The notes: generated from the letters alone by a model not told the origin. Shown: positions 22,615 to 36,831, counted from the first letter of the stretch. The stretch is DNA of 64,000 nt from an uncultured Nitrososphaeraceae archaeon (GCA_963729045.1 CAVSMN010000020.1:1-64000), one strand, 5' to 3'. Program-made: numbers and translations.

Positions 22615-22857
22615 TCATATCATTTCATCTATCATGAATTCAAATGGTGCTGATTCTTGAGATGGAATTATGGTGGATTCTAGAGTTAGTTTCCTTGCTT
22701 CAAACTGTTCTTCATTAATATCTCTTGTATACTTCCAAATTATTTTTCCAATAACTTGTAAAGAAATTCGGATTTCTCTCGCAGTGTCTCTAGTCGTCTT
22801 CCCTTCTTTTACGAGTTTGATAACTAACCTCTCTTTTTCCTTTCGATCTAATAACAA
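22615..22857 (-). pseudogene. HTH protein remnant
   Basis: KEKERLVIKLVKEGKTTRDTAREIRISLQVIGKII; appears truncated. Confidence 0.6.
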
Positions 22858-23855
22858 ATAAAGACTAATTTAATATATTCAGAAAATTAATATAATGATT
22901 CTGATTCTTTTGATTCCTTGATATTTGTATTTTATCCTGTATGCCCTAAATTAATTCAAATTAAACATGACATACAAGTAGTTTATTTCGGTATACTTTC
23001 CATGGACGGTAGGGATTTGAAGTCCACTGTAGTATTTAATATCTATATTTTGACTTATAATACTAAAGAAATAGAGATTTATTTTTTCTTCTTACAAACT
23101 TTAAGAGACTAAAAGTTATGGAAAGAAATTACCGCAATCTTGATTTATTTTCTGAAATGAACGCAAAAGTTATTTCAATTTAGGATAATTATTGCAATTT
23201 TTAGAAAATCTCTATTTACTAAGGTTTTTTTATTGTCGAATCAAAAATGATATCTTATAAAATGTTATCAATATTAACGTGAATGATATTTTGTACAATT
23301 ATGATCCCAGGCGGTAGAAGAGGTCTTGAAACCATAGTATTTGTTATTCACCAGAATATGATACTCCATAAGACTTGCTTTATTTGTTGGGAATTATGAC
23401 CCAGCCTGATATAACTAATATACTAAAGCCAAATCATTACATAATATTATAAGGCATGGATGGTACATAGGGTTGTGAGACAAAGATTTTCATTAGGAAA
23501 TAATTGTGAATGTATGTGTCATGGCAAACCCGGTATTGTAGATTTTTGTGGATACTGTACTACATCTCATAGAAATGTGTTCTCCAGAAATAGGACACAA
23601 AGATAACCATATTTTTGCATTAGTAAAGCCAATGTTCTCATTATTCAATATAGAATTGATCTCTTTCATATGCTTATAAATGACTAACAACCAATAAATT
23701 ACTTTAATCCTTCACCACCTAATTTATTATTATGAAACTAGCCCTATAACCAATTCACAATCGTGTTAAAACCCATCATCGCGATAGAATCAATCCCCAA
23801 CGGCCCCTCTCATCACAAATCATACTTTCATTTAACCAAATCATCAAGTTCAAAC

Positions 23856-23911
23856 AATAAATAAAAGTAACGGATCCCATGTACCTCATGGCTTCGAAGC
23901 CCATAGAATTC
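23856..23911 (+). repeat. att-like repeat, arm family A
   Basis: aataaataaaagtaacggatcccatgtacctcatggcttcgaagcccatagaattc. Confidence 0.85.
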
Positions 23912-23919
23912 TTAATCTA

Positions 23920-24250
23920 TAGTACGTCCCCATGTAATCCTTTTAGAGAACTTCCATGACTTAGATTTTCCATACGCTGTTAGAAATCAAATTTCTTATC
24001 TATGCGAGTTGTCATTCAAAGATATTCTAATTGAAAAGCAATAAGGTCTCAAAGGTTTTGTTTCTTATGATAGTAGTAATTTGGGATCCTATTACGCATA
24101 ATGCCTTAGACCTCTCATGCTTTTGCTTCCAACTGATGGTAAAGTTACGACATGATCGTAGCCTTATTTCACCTCATTTGGATTATCACAGAATGTTATC
24201 AGTGTATACTTCATATAATGAAACTCAAGACAAGTATTGTCACACCTAAT
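23920..24250 (-). repeat. Degraded coding remnant shared with about 42150-42450 and 18720-18775
   Basis: Collinear blocks ttttagagaac, gcaataagg, ttatgatagta, agacc(t)tctcatgcttttg, catgat(c/t)gta(g/a)ccttat. Confidence 0.7.
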
Positions 24251-24397
24251 TCAATAATCGGTGTGCAGAGTTATTGAAGTCATGAGCGGTGGTGTTTAAA
24301 AATCATGATATTGTTTTTTGTGTGAGCTGGATATACATACATATTGTAAAAGGGTAGCAATAACCAGACGTCGGCTGATTTTACCATTCTAATGTGA

Positions 24398-24940
24398 TCA
24401 GGTACCAATTAAGGCAAATAAGGCTTTTGTGAAGCGCTGTAGACTTTCCTTGGTCTGGATATCGATAATAGCCCCATGTGCATCAATTTTTCCCTTAACA
24501 CCCTGGATTAGCAAAGTGGTTTCGGGTGTAAAGGTTGCCATAAGGGTACGCATGATCAACTGCAATTCTTCATGACCTTTAATCCCGCTTGTGGAAGCGG
24601 TAATGATTCCCAAGGGTTTTCCGGAAAACACTGTAGTGGCCACGCACCATTCTATGGCGTTCTTTAACCCCGAGGGTATGCTGAATACGTACTCCGGGGT
24701 ACTGATTATTACCCCATCCGCATCCTGGATAAGATTGCGCATCTCCGTAATTTCTGACGGTGTATGTTCCAGAGATAGCTCCGGGTCGAAATGCGGCAAA
24801 GTTTTCAGCCGGTCGTAAAAAGTTATTTGGAAAGTATCTCTAGCTTCTGACTGGATGTACTCTAGCAATTTATGATTGGCTGATGACGTCGTGGCGCTTC
24901 CGATTAGGGCTACAACGTTTTTCATAGTTAGAGCATACAT
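24398..24940 (-). CDS. NADPH-dependent FMN reductase
   Basis: LIGS…SANHKLL, LPHFDPEL, ADGVIISTPEYVFSIPSGLKNAIEW; GC higher than surroundings. Confidence 0.9.
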   Translation of the reverse strand: MYALTMKNVVALIGSATTSSANHKLLEYIQSEARDTFQITFYDRLKTLPHFDPELSLEHTPSEITEMRNLIQDADGVIISTPEYVFSIPSGLKNAIEWCVATTVFSGKPLGIITASTSGIKGHEELQLIMRTLMATFTPETTLLIQGVKGKIDAHGAIIDIQTKESLQRFTKALFALIGT

Positions 24941-25039
24941 ATGCTTTTTTCTCCTTATTTTACTTAACCGAGTGGTATTCCAGGTAGAATATACAGGATT
25001 AGAATGGCTTTTTATTTATTAGATATAGTGTCGGTACAC

Positions 25040-25372
25040 GTTGCTTGCGGATTTTGATTTAGTTTGGGAGTATCTTCTGTAGGAGAAATAAATATTTTAA
25101 AATCTACTGAAATACAAAAATATTCTAAAGAATAGTAAAGTTGCCCTAGTTATCGATGATTTAAAGACTATCAATCCTTGGGACCCACGAGGTATTAGGA
25201 TTTATGGAATAGCAGACACCGTTGATCGTCAAGGAGGGTATATGTCCAATACGGACCATCCACAATCTCGATATATAAGAATAAAGCCTAGTAAAAAGTG
25301 GGGTTGGGGAATTGATGAACCCGTTTTTGTAGATGGCAAATTTAATGTGAAAAAATCTACTACTAGTCCTAA
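25040..25372 (+). pseudogene. 5'-degraded partial duplicate of the PPOX/F420 gene at 35129
   Basis: About 25087-25370 nearly identical to about 35284-35570. Confidence 0.85.
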
Positions 25373-25543
25373 AAAAATAAGACAATGCATCTTTGACAGA
25401 TGTTGATTCGAACTAGGATATTTACAACCAACATATGAGAATGGAATCGCAAATTGAAAAGAAAATTTTAAAATTTTAAGATCAAAAACTCTTCCTTATT
25501 ATCAATAGTCTTGTGAGTACCAGGTGCCAAAGTCCAAACTCTC

Positions 25544-25867
25544 CTATGTCTGTGAATGATCCTTGGCGTGACTGGAACGATATTGCGGATCATTAGGATG
25601 TGGAGTTAAGGGAGTTATGGCAACTTTCATCCAGATATGAAGGGGAAGGGACTTGAGGAGTTTGTGAATTTCTATTTCGTCTTCTGCCCGAAACAGCCCG
25701 ATACTACGCCATTCATCAGGACCAAGCGGAGGACGCCAAAGGCGAATCAAATGGCCCTTTTTGGAGAGCTCTGCAGCTCGCACTGCTTCAGCCGCACGTA
25801 ATTCATCAACTTTGAGAGAACTAGTACCTTGTGGTACTGTGGTAACCATATCGACAAGATATTCCAT
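25544..25867 (-). CDS. Muconolactone delta-isomerase family protein
   Basis: MEYLVDM…EAVRAAEL…GHLIRLWRPP…GLF.A…LPLHIWM…PL.PHPND. Confidence 0.85.
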   Translation of the reverse strand: MEYLVDMVTTVPQGTSSLKVDELRAAEAVRAAELSKKGHLIRLWRPPLGPDEWRSIGLFRAEDEIEIHKLLKSLPLHIWMKVAITPLTPHPNDPQYRSSHAKDHSQT

Positions 25868-25872
25868 GGATA

Positions 25873-26139
25873 TCACTCTATCATCACATCATCTATGTAG
25901 CAATATTTCCAATCTTCTCCTGGTTGAAAGGATCTTATGATAGGGTGTTCGGTAGATTTGAAATGTTTTGTTGCATGCTTATTAGGAGAAGAATCACAAC
26001 AACCTACATGACCACATGTTAAACACAAACGCAAATGTACCCATCTAGAACCCATCTGTAGACATTCTTCGCATCCATTTGGAGTTTTTGGTTCTATATC
26101 TTGATTTACTTGACTAAGATGTATATCTTTAGGCGTCAT
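25873..26139 (-). CDS. UBP-type zinc-finger protein
   Basis: GCEECL…WVHLRLCLTCGHVGCCDSSPNKHATKH…W.YCY.D. Confidence 0.9.
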   Translation of the reverse strand: MTPKDIHLSQVNQDIEPKTPNGCEECLQMGSRWVHLRLCLTCGHVGCCDSSPNKHATKHFKSTEHPIIRSFQPGEDWKYCYIDDVMIE

Positions 26140-26983
26140 ATTATGAAGGTAATAATGTATGTCCTTCCTTAAAGATGTCTGTATAAATAATCAGATAAAG
26201 GTAGCAAAATAAACCTATATTTAGGTAGGTACCGTTACCATCTGTCTATTGGTTTTAGAGCCTTAGATGGAAAAGATATAGGTAAGGATACAACAAAAAA
26301 TGCAGGTGAAGTGAAGTTACGAGTCAAGTTACCAATATGCTTCAAAACTTGGCTAGAGTTGGCATCGGGATTATGTATAACAGGGTTCCACCTGCGATAA
26401 ACCTCAAGTAATGTGGTAAATGCTTTTTATCTTTTTCTTATACAGATGATAAAATACCAAAGAGATGTGGAGTTTGTAGCGAACTGATAGATTGGGGTCA
26501 ACAACCGATTATAAAGCAGAAGGAATGTCCCAAATGTGGCTATACCCCTGAATATGATGCCATTAAAGTATGTCCTTACGAAGATGATATAGTGTATCTT
26601 CAATAATTTCCTTATAGTTATAATGATAACACTTTAGCATAAACTATAATTTTATTTATCTACTCAGAAAAGGATTAGATTCTTATTAAATGACCCAATA
26701 TGTTACCCCTTTTGCGAATTACTTCTTTCTTACCTGACAATTTTCGTAAACTAGATTAACCCAGTTTATAAAAGTAGTAATTTATCATAGACAGAGTTTC
26801 TTAGATCTTTCAGTCTATGGATTAATAGTTACAGTATTACTATCACTTAGGTTCCTTTTGTTACATCTAGAATGAAATCAGCAATTTCGTTTGGATGGGA
26901 TACATAAGAGGAAATACCTTGATAACCCTATTACTATGACATTGACAGTAAGTTCATTCCTTTTCTCTACCTCTAGGTTCTCC

Positions 26984-27298
26984 TTAAACTTCTTTTTTGA
27001 TTTTGCTTAACAAATCAATTGCCCCTACAGAATAATTACACATCCATCTATCATATAGATCTTTGATAGGGAGTGGATTAAGATAGTTCCAGCGATTGCG
27101 ACCATTGCGTTTTACAATTATTAAGTCAGCCTTCTCAAGGACACGTAAATGTAGCATTACCGTGCACCGATCTAAATGTTTGAAATGATCACACATCTCT
27201 CCAGTTGTTTTGGGTTTATTTCTAAGCATATCGAGTATTTCACGTCTTTGAGGATTTCCCAAAGCTTTCAGAGTTAAATCATCTCTTTTATCCCTCAA
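26984..27298 (-). CDS. ArsR/SmtB family transcriptional regulator
   Basis: KALGNPQRREILDML…TTGEMC…RCTVMLHLRVLEKADLI…GRNRWNYLN. Confidence 0.9.
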   Translation of the reverse strand: MRDKRDDLTLKALGNPQRREILDMLRNKPKTTGEMCDHFKHLDRCTVMLHLRVLEKADLIIVKRNGRNRWNYLNPLPIKDLYDRWMCNYSVGAIDLLSKIKKEV

Positions 27299-27320
27299 TA
27301 TGTTATATAAATATAACATA
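27299..27320. promoter_or_regulatory. Palindromic operator between divergent arsR and SRPBCC genes
   Basis: Perfect 10-2-10 inverted repeat tatgttatat-aa-atataacata. Confidence 0.7.
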
Positions 27321-27337
27321 TCAAATATTAACCATTC

Positions 27338-27778
27338 ATGAAAGTAGCATTTGAAGTTTATTCAAAGAAAAAAACCAGTAGCAGAGGTGTTTGATGCGGT
27401 CTATAATCCAAAAAAACTAAGTGGATACTTTACAACTGGTGGAGCAAGTGGCCCTTTGGATGAAGGAACTACGGTCACATGGGACTTTCATGATTTTCCT
27501 GGAGCATTTCCTGTTTATGTTAAACAAGTAATAATAAATGAGATGATTGTATTGGAATGGGACAACAATGAAAGGTACTGAAAAATCTTGCGGACATAAG
27601 ATTTGAGCCGTTGAATACTGAATCTACACTAATAAAGATAAGAGAATCAGGTTGAAAAAATGAAGATCAGAAATCATTGGATGCATCTTATGCTAACTCT
27701 TTTGGTTGGATGCATATGCTTTGTGGTCTTAAGGTTTTTCTGGAATATGGTAAAAACTTGAGAGAATTTTTCTTTTAA
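27338..27778 (+). pseudogene. SRPBCC/AHSA1-domain protein, frameshifts and in-frame TGA
   Basis: KPVAEVFDAVYNPKKLSGYFTTGG…WDFHDFPG…ESG*KNE…GWMHMLCGLKVFLEYGKNLR. Confidence 0.85.
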
Positions 27779-28312
27779 GTTCATCGATCTTTCTAATCTC
27801 CACTCAACTATTAACTAAACAAATAATTTCACTCATCGTATCGGTATACAAAGTTTCATATTTTCCCTCACGGACAACACGTTTTGCAGTATCAACATGT
27901 ATTTCATAGTATTTGCTTAAACCTTCGCCACTACAATTATGGAATTCCTTAGAATTGGCAACTGTCACACTACCTATATCATATCACAAAGACTACTTAA
28001 GTTATTTTCATACCTAATGTATGCAGAATGGATCTATGTAACCATGACTAGGAATTACAATGGCCCATTCCATATTGATTTTTGAATTCAACTTTATAAT
28101 AAGTTGTAATAACCGCCATGATTAAAAATAACTGTTACCTAAACAGTAATCACATTTTGCACAGAACAATCATCTAATCTTATTGAATATAATTGGTTTT
28201 ATATTTACGAATAAAAGAAAGCGGCAAAGTATCATCTATCCTACTGAATGTTGAAATTTCAAATTTTCAATTCCAGTAACTTTATTATTTAATAAACATA
28301 TTATAATATATT

Positions 28313-28570
28313 ATGAATATTAGACTTTTCTCTATAATTACATCGGCATTAGTTCTTGGATTTTATATCTCTTTTACTATTCCTTTTACTTTTATTCCAA
28401 ATTCCATGGCTTCCCCAAATCCATCTTTTGAAGTGACGGAACAAAACGATAGTAGTACTTTTAGTTCATTAAGTAGAGACTTTGACCAGACTATAGACAA
28501 TATTAACGACGATGATAAAAACTCCACAGACACAACCAACGATGATGAGAGCTTACAAGAACGATCTTAA
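28313..28570 (+). CDS. Small secreted acidic protein
   Basis: Signal peptide followed by a D/N/T-rich tail. Confidence 0.55.
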   Translation: MNIRLFSIITSALVLGFYISFTIPFTFIPNSMASPNPSFEVTEQNDSSTFSSLSRDFDQTIDNINDDDKNSTDTTNDDESLQERS

Positions 28571-29410
28571 ATATTTTAAAATTACTAATTTTAAGATCCC
28601 TTTATGATTTGAATATATGTGGGATAAATTATTTCAAGTAGTTAAGAATTTTATTTTTAAAATCTATCAATTTTTAGATTAAATAAACAAATTAAGAATG
28701 ATCTATAAATTTTAAAAAAAGTTGATGTGTAAAAATGTTAAGATATCATAGCTGCAATTGTGATCAATTTTACTGAACTATTGAATTTGTAGAAAGCATA
28801 TAATAAATAGTGAATTACTCCCAGATCTGTGACTCTTTCCACTGAACCCATAAAAGCAAGATTCTGCTTTAACAATGAACCAAAAAAATATTTATATCAC
28901 TCCCCGCTATAATAATAGTAGAATCTCTAATAAAGAACCTTTATCGACATAAATTCCACTCCCCTCGCCTTAGCCGTGGTTTTTTATGATTATTTCAAAC
29001 ACATCCGAAACAAAAAAAGACATAGAGAATTGAATGAACCTACTTAAACGCGTTCGAACAATGAACAAAATCCAAGTGATATTTATCAAATCATAGACGA
29101 TGCCAAATTTGTCAAATATTCATCGAATGGAAAGATGGTTTTAGATGTCCATGTTGTCAATATAAACTGAGAACCAAACCTCGAAATAAAAAATTCAAAA
29201 TAGATATCGTAAAGAAATGAATAAAAAAGAGACAACAGTGAGTGCTTTAGTCTAGACAAGTACCAAATAAAAGTTGATAAATGTTAGCAATTACTAGATA
29301 TGTCGGAAATAGATTATGTCGACAGAAGTTTCATCTAATAAATATTGCCCAATAGTAACAATAATTCCCAAATCGGACTACTATTACAATCTCTTTTACC
29401 ATTTGTAGCA

Positions 29411-29439
29411 GGATTCGAAGCACTGGGCTTGTTTGATAT

Positions 29440-29440
<1 letters not shown>
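29411..29440 (+). repeat. Degenerate att-like core
   Basis: ggattcgaagcactgggcttgtttgatatt. Confidence 0.65.
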
Positions 29441-31800
<2,360 letters not shown>

Positions 31801-31869
31801 TTGAGAAAACCCATTAATCAGGGGTTATTGATTTAAAAACTAAAGTTAAAGTTCGAGATTACATTTATT

Positions 31870-32271
31870 AATTAGACTTTGAATCATATGATCTCAAATC
31901 TTGATCTGGTATCTGTGAGAATAGTTCATCCTGGATTGGAAATATTTGATAAAGTTCTGAATTAAGATCGCAATTTGATCAGGTATCGATGAGAATGGCT
32001 CACCTGGATTGGAAATATTTGATAAAGTTCTGATTAAGATCGCAATCTTGATCGGTTCGATGAGAATGGCTCACCTGGATTGGAAATATTTGATAAGGTT
32101 CTGATCGATCGCAATCTTGATCAGGTATCGATGAGATGGCTCCCTGGATCTGGATCTCAGTTCCGACTGGTAGGTAAGGATAAATATATTATTGCTGGAA
32201 AGCAAAAGCAGAATCGCAATAACAAGAATTATGACTCCGAATGTTAAAATTGCTTTTTTCGTTATCAACAA
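31870..32271 (-). pseudogene. Secreted protein with about 72-bp tandem repeats, frameshifted
   Basis: Signal/TM at the 5' end; cctggat recurs at 31930, 32003, 32074 and 32143. Confidence 0.6.
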
Positions 32272-32381
32272 TTAGGGATATAGATATTATACGGATATAT
32301 GATTTTTATTTTGTCTTTTATTAGTAGATTATCAAAGTACGATAGGTATATTTTAATACAAAAATCTTCATACGTAGAATC

Positions 32382-33466
32382 ATGACTGGACTAATAGAAC
32401 GATTCTCTACAATTTTTAAAGCAAAAGCGAGTAAAATCGCAGATGATCTTGAAAATCCACAAGAAATGCTAAATTATTCATTTGAAAAACAAAATGAATT
32501 AATAATTAAATTAAGACAAGATATTGCTCAGGTAGTTACATCAAAAAAAAGACTGGAAATGCAAAAGGCAAAACTGTTGGCAAATGTAAATACGTTAGAG
32601 GATCTAGCTAAACGTTCATTAATTTCTAAGAGGGAGGATCTAACTAAACTTGCTCTCGAAAGAAAAAATGCTCTGATGGTGCAAGTAAAAGAACTCGAAT
32701 CTCAAATATCGGGAATAGAAAAAGACCAGGCAAAATTGGAAGACGCAGAGAGGCGTCTCTCAACTAAAATTCAAGAATTTAAGACTAGAAAAGAAATAAT
32801 TAAAGCTGAATATTCCGCGGCAGAGGCTCAAGTAAAAATTAAAGAAAACATCACGGGGCTTTCTGAAGAGTTTAGCGATGTAGGTAATATTTTGAATAGG
32901 GTGGAAGAAAAAACTGAAAATATGAAGGCAAAGGCGCAAGCACTTGATGAAATGATTGACTCAGGAACTCTTACAGACTTTGCTTCATCCTTTCCATCCT
33001 CAAAAGATTCCGACATAGAGAGCGGACTGAATAAGGTCTCATCTAGTCAAGCAGTCGAAGAAGAGATTAAGAAAATGAAAAATGATCTGCAGACAAATGC
33101 GTCAAACACTGTTGAAAAAGATTCATCCACTATCAAAAATGTAGAAACTAAAACAAAGGAAAACATAACTATCATTAGAATTTCTGGTGGGGGTCAATAT
33201 GAAATTGACAATAATCTATTAACACAAATTAATGATATTGACAATAAGGTTGTCAACTCTGAAAAATCATAGTAATGGTCAATCTAACCTGAAGTAGTTA
33301 AAAAGGAACTAAAAGGGAAATTAGAGGAAATTATATCATTTATAAAAAATAACGGTCGGCCGTAATGGAAACAGATATAGTAAAATCTAACCTTTATATT
33401 CCACAGCCGGACATTTCTGTTGACGAAGCACAAAATGTATTCAAAGATGAAGGAATAATAAAATAA
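32382..33466 (+). CDS. pspA: PspA/IM30 family protein fused to a C-terminal PspAA-like domain (frameshifts after about 33265)
   Basis: ERFSTIFKAK…LENPQEML…AEYSAAEAQVKI…AKAQALDEMIDSG, then IIRISGGGQYEID…NDIDN and …IVKSNLYIPQPDISVDEA…FKDEGII*. Confidence 0.85.
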
Positions 33467-33496
33467 AAAGATGGGTGCGGATCAATTACAAAAAAG

Positions 33497-34186
33497 TCAG
33501 AATGGTATATTCCAAACAGGAAACCATTTGCTCAAATCTTTTTCAAATATGATTTCATTCGATAATTCTTCCATTAGTTTAATCTCCTGATCATGATTGC
33601 GTTTCTTTAGATTAGTATCATGAGATTTATCACTAATAGGTAAAAAGGATAAAATTTGTTCGACTTATCATTGTAAATTAAATATTGTCGGTTAGAACCA
33701 CTGCCATTATTTTTGAAACCGTCATTTTGATATCCTGAAGTAAACTCAAATATTGTTGCTAACAGTTGCTTTGAAAAACCCTTTTCATGGATTGTATCAC
33801 CTATGGATGATATCGACTTATCAGATCCTCTAATTTAGTCCCTTTTAATAAGAACCATAGATACCCATACTCATCAATTAACGAACTATAGGAAATAGTT
33901 ATTTCACTTTTCTCTTTGTTTGCTGTTGCAATTGAAAGAAATTTGTCTATAAATTCTTTCATTTCTTTAAATTGTTCTGTTTCAACAGCTTTTACGCAAA
34001 TTCCGCATTTTCCTGAACTTTTTAGTCCAAACTTTTCATCAAGTTTGATGCTTGCTCTTGATAGTGATTCTATAGCATCGCTATAATAAAGGAATTGGTT
34101 ATGTTTGCCGATGACTTTTCAGATACAGATTTATCATGCTCAGATTTGCCTCTCATTGTTGATAAAATTTTTTTAAAAAAGGTCAA
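33497..34186 (-). pseudogene. PspA-associated protein PspAB homolog (frameshifted, absent from ORF track)
   Basis: DAIESLSRASIKL…GLKSSGKCGICVK…DEYGYLWF…EDL…GFSKQLLATIFEF…FYPFLP…RNHDQEIKL…EKDLSKWFPVWNIPF*. Confidence 0.75.
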
Positions 34187-34967
34187 TGATAGTATTGTAT
34201 CTTAGAACAATTTATCCATTCCCGTATAACTAAATATCTAATTACGATGAACTTTATATCAACTTGCAGTTATTGTTCATCTTATAAAATCAAAATACAA
34301 TTAAAAACATTAATTTTCGACCTTTTATTTTTTATATATGATAGTATGTATTAAAAACTAACTTATTGTTACATTATATGGAATATCAAACTATTACAAT
34401 AAATCAAAAATGCATTCTAATCCAGAATCCTTTAATTTACGTTATTGCAGGCACTTTGATGAATTCGAAAATTATTGCCACAATCGTAATTATTCAATGC
34501 TTGCAGGCTTTACAGCCTTAGTCGGTCAAATATCTCAACAGGTTTCTGCCACCAGCATGGTATTTGTGATAGCAAAGGGTGAGTGGTCAAGGAGCTGAAC
34601 ATTGTAACTTTGGAGATTGTAAGGTAATAATTACACCAAGTGGTCAAATAAACTCAAATAGCAAGTGCCGATAATACCTACAATAATCAACAATTGTATG
34701 TATAACTTTTTTTTATTACACTAAAATTAAAATTGGGTTAGAGTAATTATCAAGATATTTTATTATCGTTTTTGTGCCTGTAAATATAAGATTTCAGTAT
34801 TTGACAATATGATGAAAACAAAAGGTCAGAATATAAATAAGTTATATTAGTAATAAAATCAAATATTCTCAGGTTATCAATCCATTCACCGGACTGACTC
34901 CAGTTATAAAAACCTGTTAAACCCATGTGGATATCCTCATGATTTTACCGAACCCGTCATAGTATAC

Positions 34968-35005
34968 GGGACTTAAGCCCACCGGACCCATTGTAATTTA
35001 CTATT
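34968..35005 (+). repeat. att-like core + downstream arm
   Basis: gggacttaagcccaccggacccattgtaatttactatt. Confidence 0.75.
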
Positions 35006-35128
35006 TATCAAAAAAACTAGGCAAACGTAAACATATTATCAACTACCGGAGGAGAGATAACATTATGTGATACTATTATTCAGAGACTAATTTTAAATGC
35101 AATGAGGATTAATTAAATTAGATATTAT

Positions 35129-35569
35129 TTGTTCACTGAAAAAGAAAAAGAGTATATTAAATCACAAAGACTTGCAAGAATAGCTACTGCCTCCGCAGTT
35201 TCCCCCTCAGATATTGCAAGTTGTCAACCAGATGTTGCTCCTGTGGGTTTTGATTTTGATGGAGAGTACTTTTATGTGGGTGGAATAAATATTTTAAAAT
35301 CTACTAAATACAAAAATATTCTAAAGAATAATAAAGTTGCCCTAGTTATCGATGATTTAAAGACTATCAATCCTTGGGACCCACGAGGTATTAGGATTTA
35401 TGGAATAGCAGACACCGTTGATCGTCAAGGAGGGTATATGTCCAATACGGACCATCCACAATCTCGATATATAAGAATAAAGCCTAGTAAAAAATGGGGT
35501 TGGGGAATTGATGAACCCGTTTTTGTAGAAGGCAAATTTAATGTGAAAAAATCTACTACTAGTACCTAA
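35129..35569 (+). CDS. PPOX-class F420-dependent oxidoreductase
   Basis: FTEKE.EYI.SQRLARIAT…QPDVAPVGF…KYKNI..N.KVALVIDDL..PWDPRGIRIYG. Confidence 0.9.
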   Translation: MFTEKEKEYIKSQRLARIATASAVSPSDIASCQPDVAPVGFDFDGEYFYVGGINILKSTKYKNILKNNKVALVIDDLKTINPWDPRGIRIYGIADTVDRQGGYMSNTDHPQSRYIRIKPSKKWGWGIDEPVFVEGKFNVKKSTTST

Positions 35570-35768
35570 AAAAATAAAACCATTGCTTTTTGAAGTAAAT
35601 ATAAAATTAATAATATTTACTAGATAAATCAACCTATTCTAAAGTATCGACATCATCTCGAAGTATCGAGATAAATTATATCTATATCTTTGTAGATATC
35701 CGCTATAAATCGATTAGTATTATCCATCCCAAAATTAAAGATAATCGTTAAATTTGAATTTGTATTAG

Positions 35769-35993
35769 ATGGTATATATGAAGATACGCGAATGTTGCGA
35801 TGGAATGAAAACTATGATAAGGGAAAATGCATTTTGGATATCAAGTATTAGTCAAAAAGGATGGTTAAAGGTGATAGAACACGACGGTACTATGGAGTTA
35901 GGGATAGATCCAAAACTCCATAATTACGATATTATCTATTGTCCATTTTGCGGAATTCAAATAGAGGGACAAGCGGATCCATTTACCAAATAG
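35769..35993 (+). CDS. Small CPxCG zinc-binding protein
   Basis: ECCDGM…IIYCPFCG. Confidence 0.65.
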   Translation: MVYMKIRECCDGMKTMIRENAFWISSISQKGWLKVIEHDGTMELGIDPKLHNYDIIYCPFCGIQIEGQADPFTK

Positions 35994-36183
35994 ATTAATC
36001 CTTAATACCTCGAATTATTTCGGAATTAAAAAAGATCCATCTTTAATATGTTAAACATCGCATGCACTAAAATTGTATTTAATCTTGAATCATATCACTC
36101 ACGGAAGTTAACAAATAGTATAAACCCCCTGAATGAAGGATTTGCTCCCATAGAGTTCCCATATACAACGGAATATATCAGAA

Positions 36184-36831
36184 TTGGACAACAGTAACAG
36201 TAACAGAACTTTCTTCGGTGAATTAATAAAATTACAAAACGAATTTTCAAAAAGAGTTATAGTTAGAGATGATTTTGATAGTAATATCGAATTTATTTGT
36301 GGAGTAGATGTATCTTACAGGAAAAAAACTGCGTTCTGTTCAGCTGTTGTAATCAATAAAGAAAAGTTTGAAATTACAGAGACAGCCATTAGCAAAAGCG
36401 AGATAAAGAATCCATATATTCCAGGCTTGTTTATTCTAAGGGAATCTGCGCCCATCCTTCAAACTTTGAAATTGATCACAAAGCCTTTCCAACTTTTGCT
36501 AGTGGACGGTCATGGGATACTTCATCCTAGGAGATGTGGGTTAGCAAGTTACATAGGCATAGTTACAAACTTGCCAACAATAGGTGTCGCAAAAAATTTG
36601 TTATGCGGTTGTGTCCAATCAAGCAACTTTGTAAGCCATAAAGGTGAAATTCTTGGGTACGCATTAAAGGGTAAAAACAACTCGAATAAAATTGCATACA
36701 TCAGTGTTGGACATAAGATTAGTTTAACAACGTCAATACAATTAGTTGAATCAATGACAAGAACAAATCAATTCATTCCAGAGCCTCTTAGAGTCGCGGA
36801 CAAGTTATCAAAACAACAAGACTGTAAATAA
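36184..36831 (+). CDS. nfi: Endonuclease V
   Basis: CGVDVSY, PYIPGLFILRE, LLVDGHGILHPRRCGLAS, PTIGVAK, YISVGH and PEPLRVAD. Confidence 0.95.
   Translation: MDNSNSNRTFFGELIKLQNEFSKRVIVRDDFDSNIEFICGVDVSYRKKTAFCSAVVINKEKFEITETAISKSEIKNPYIPGLFILRESAPILQTLKLITKPFQLLLVDGHGILHPRRCGLASYIGIVTNLPTIGVAKNLLCGCVQSSNFVSHKGEILGYALKGKNNSNKIAYISVGHKISLTTSIQLVESMTRTNQFIPEPLRVADKLSKQQDCK

Noticed and set aside
11182..27655. TGA at conserved Trp positions in alkB (11182) and SRPBCC (27653), suggesting recoding
   Set aside because: TGG encodes Trp throughout and TGA ends intact genes in this window; G-to-A mutation or base-call error before an A-run is simpler.
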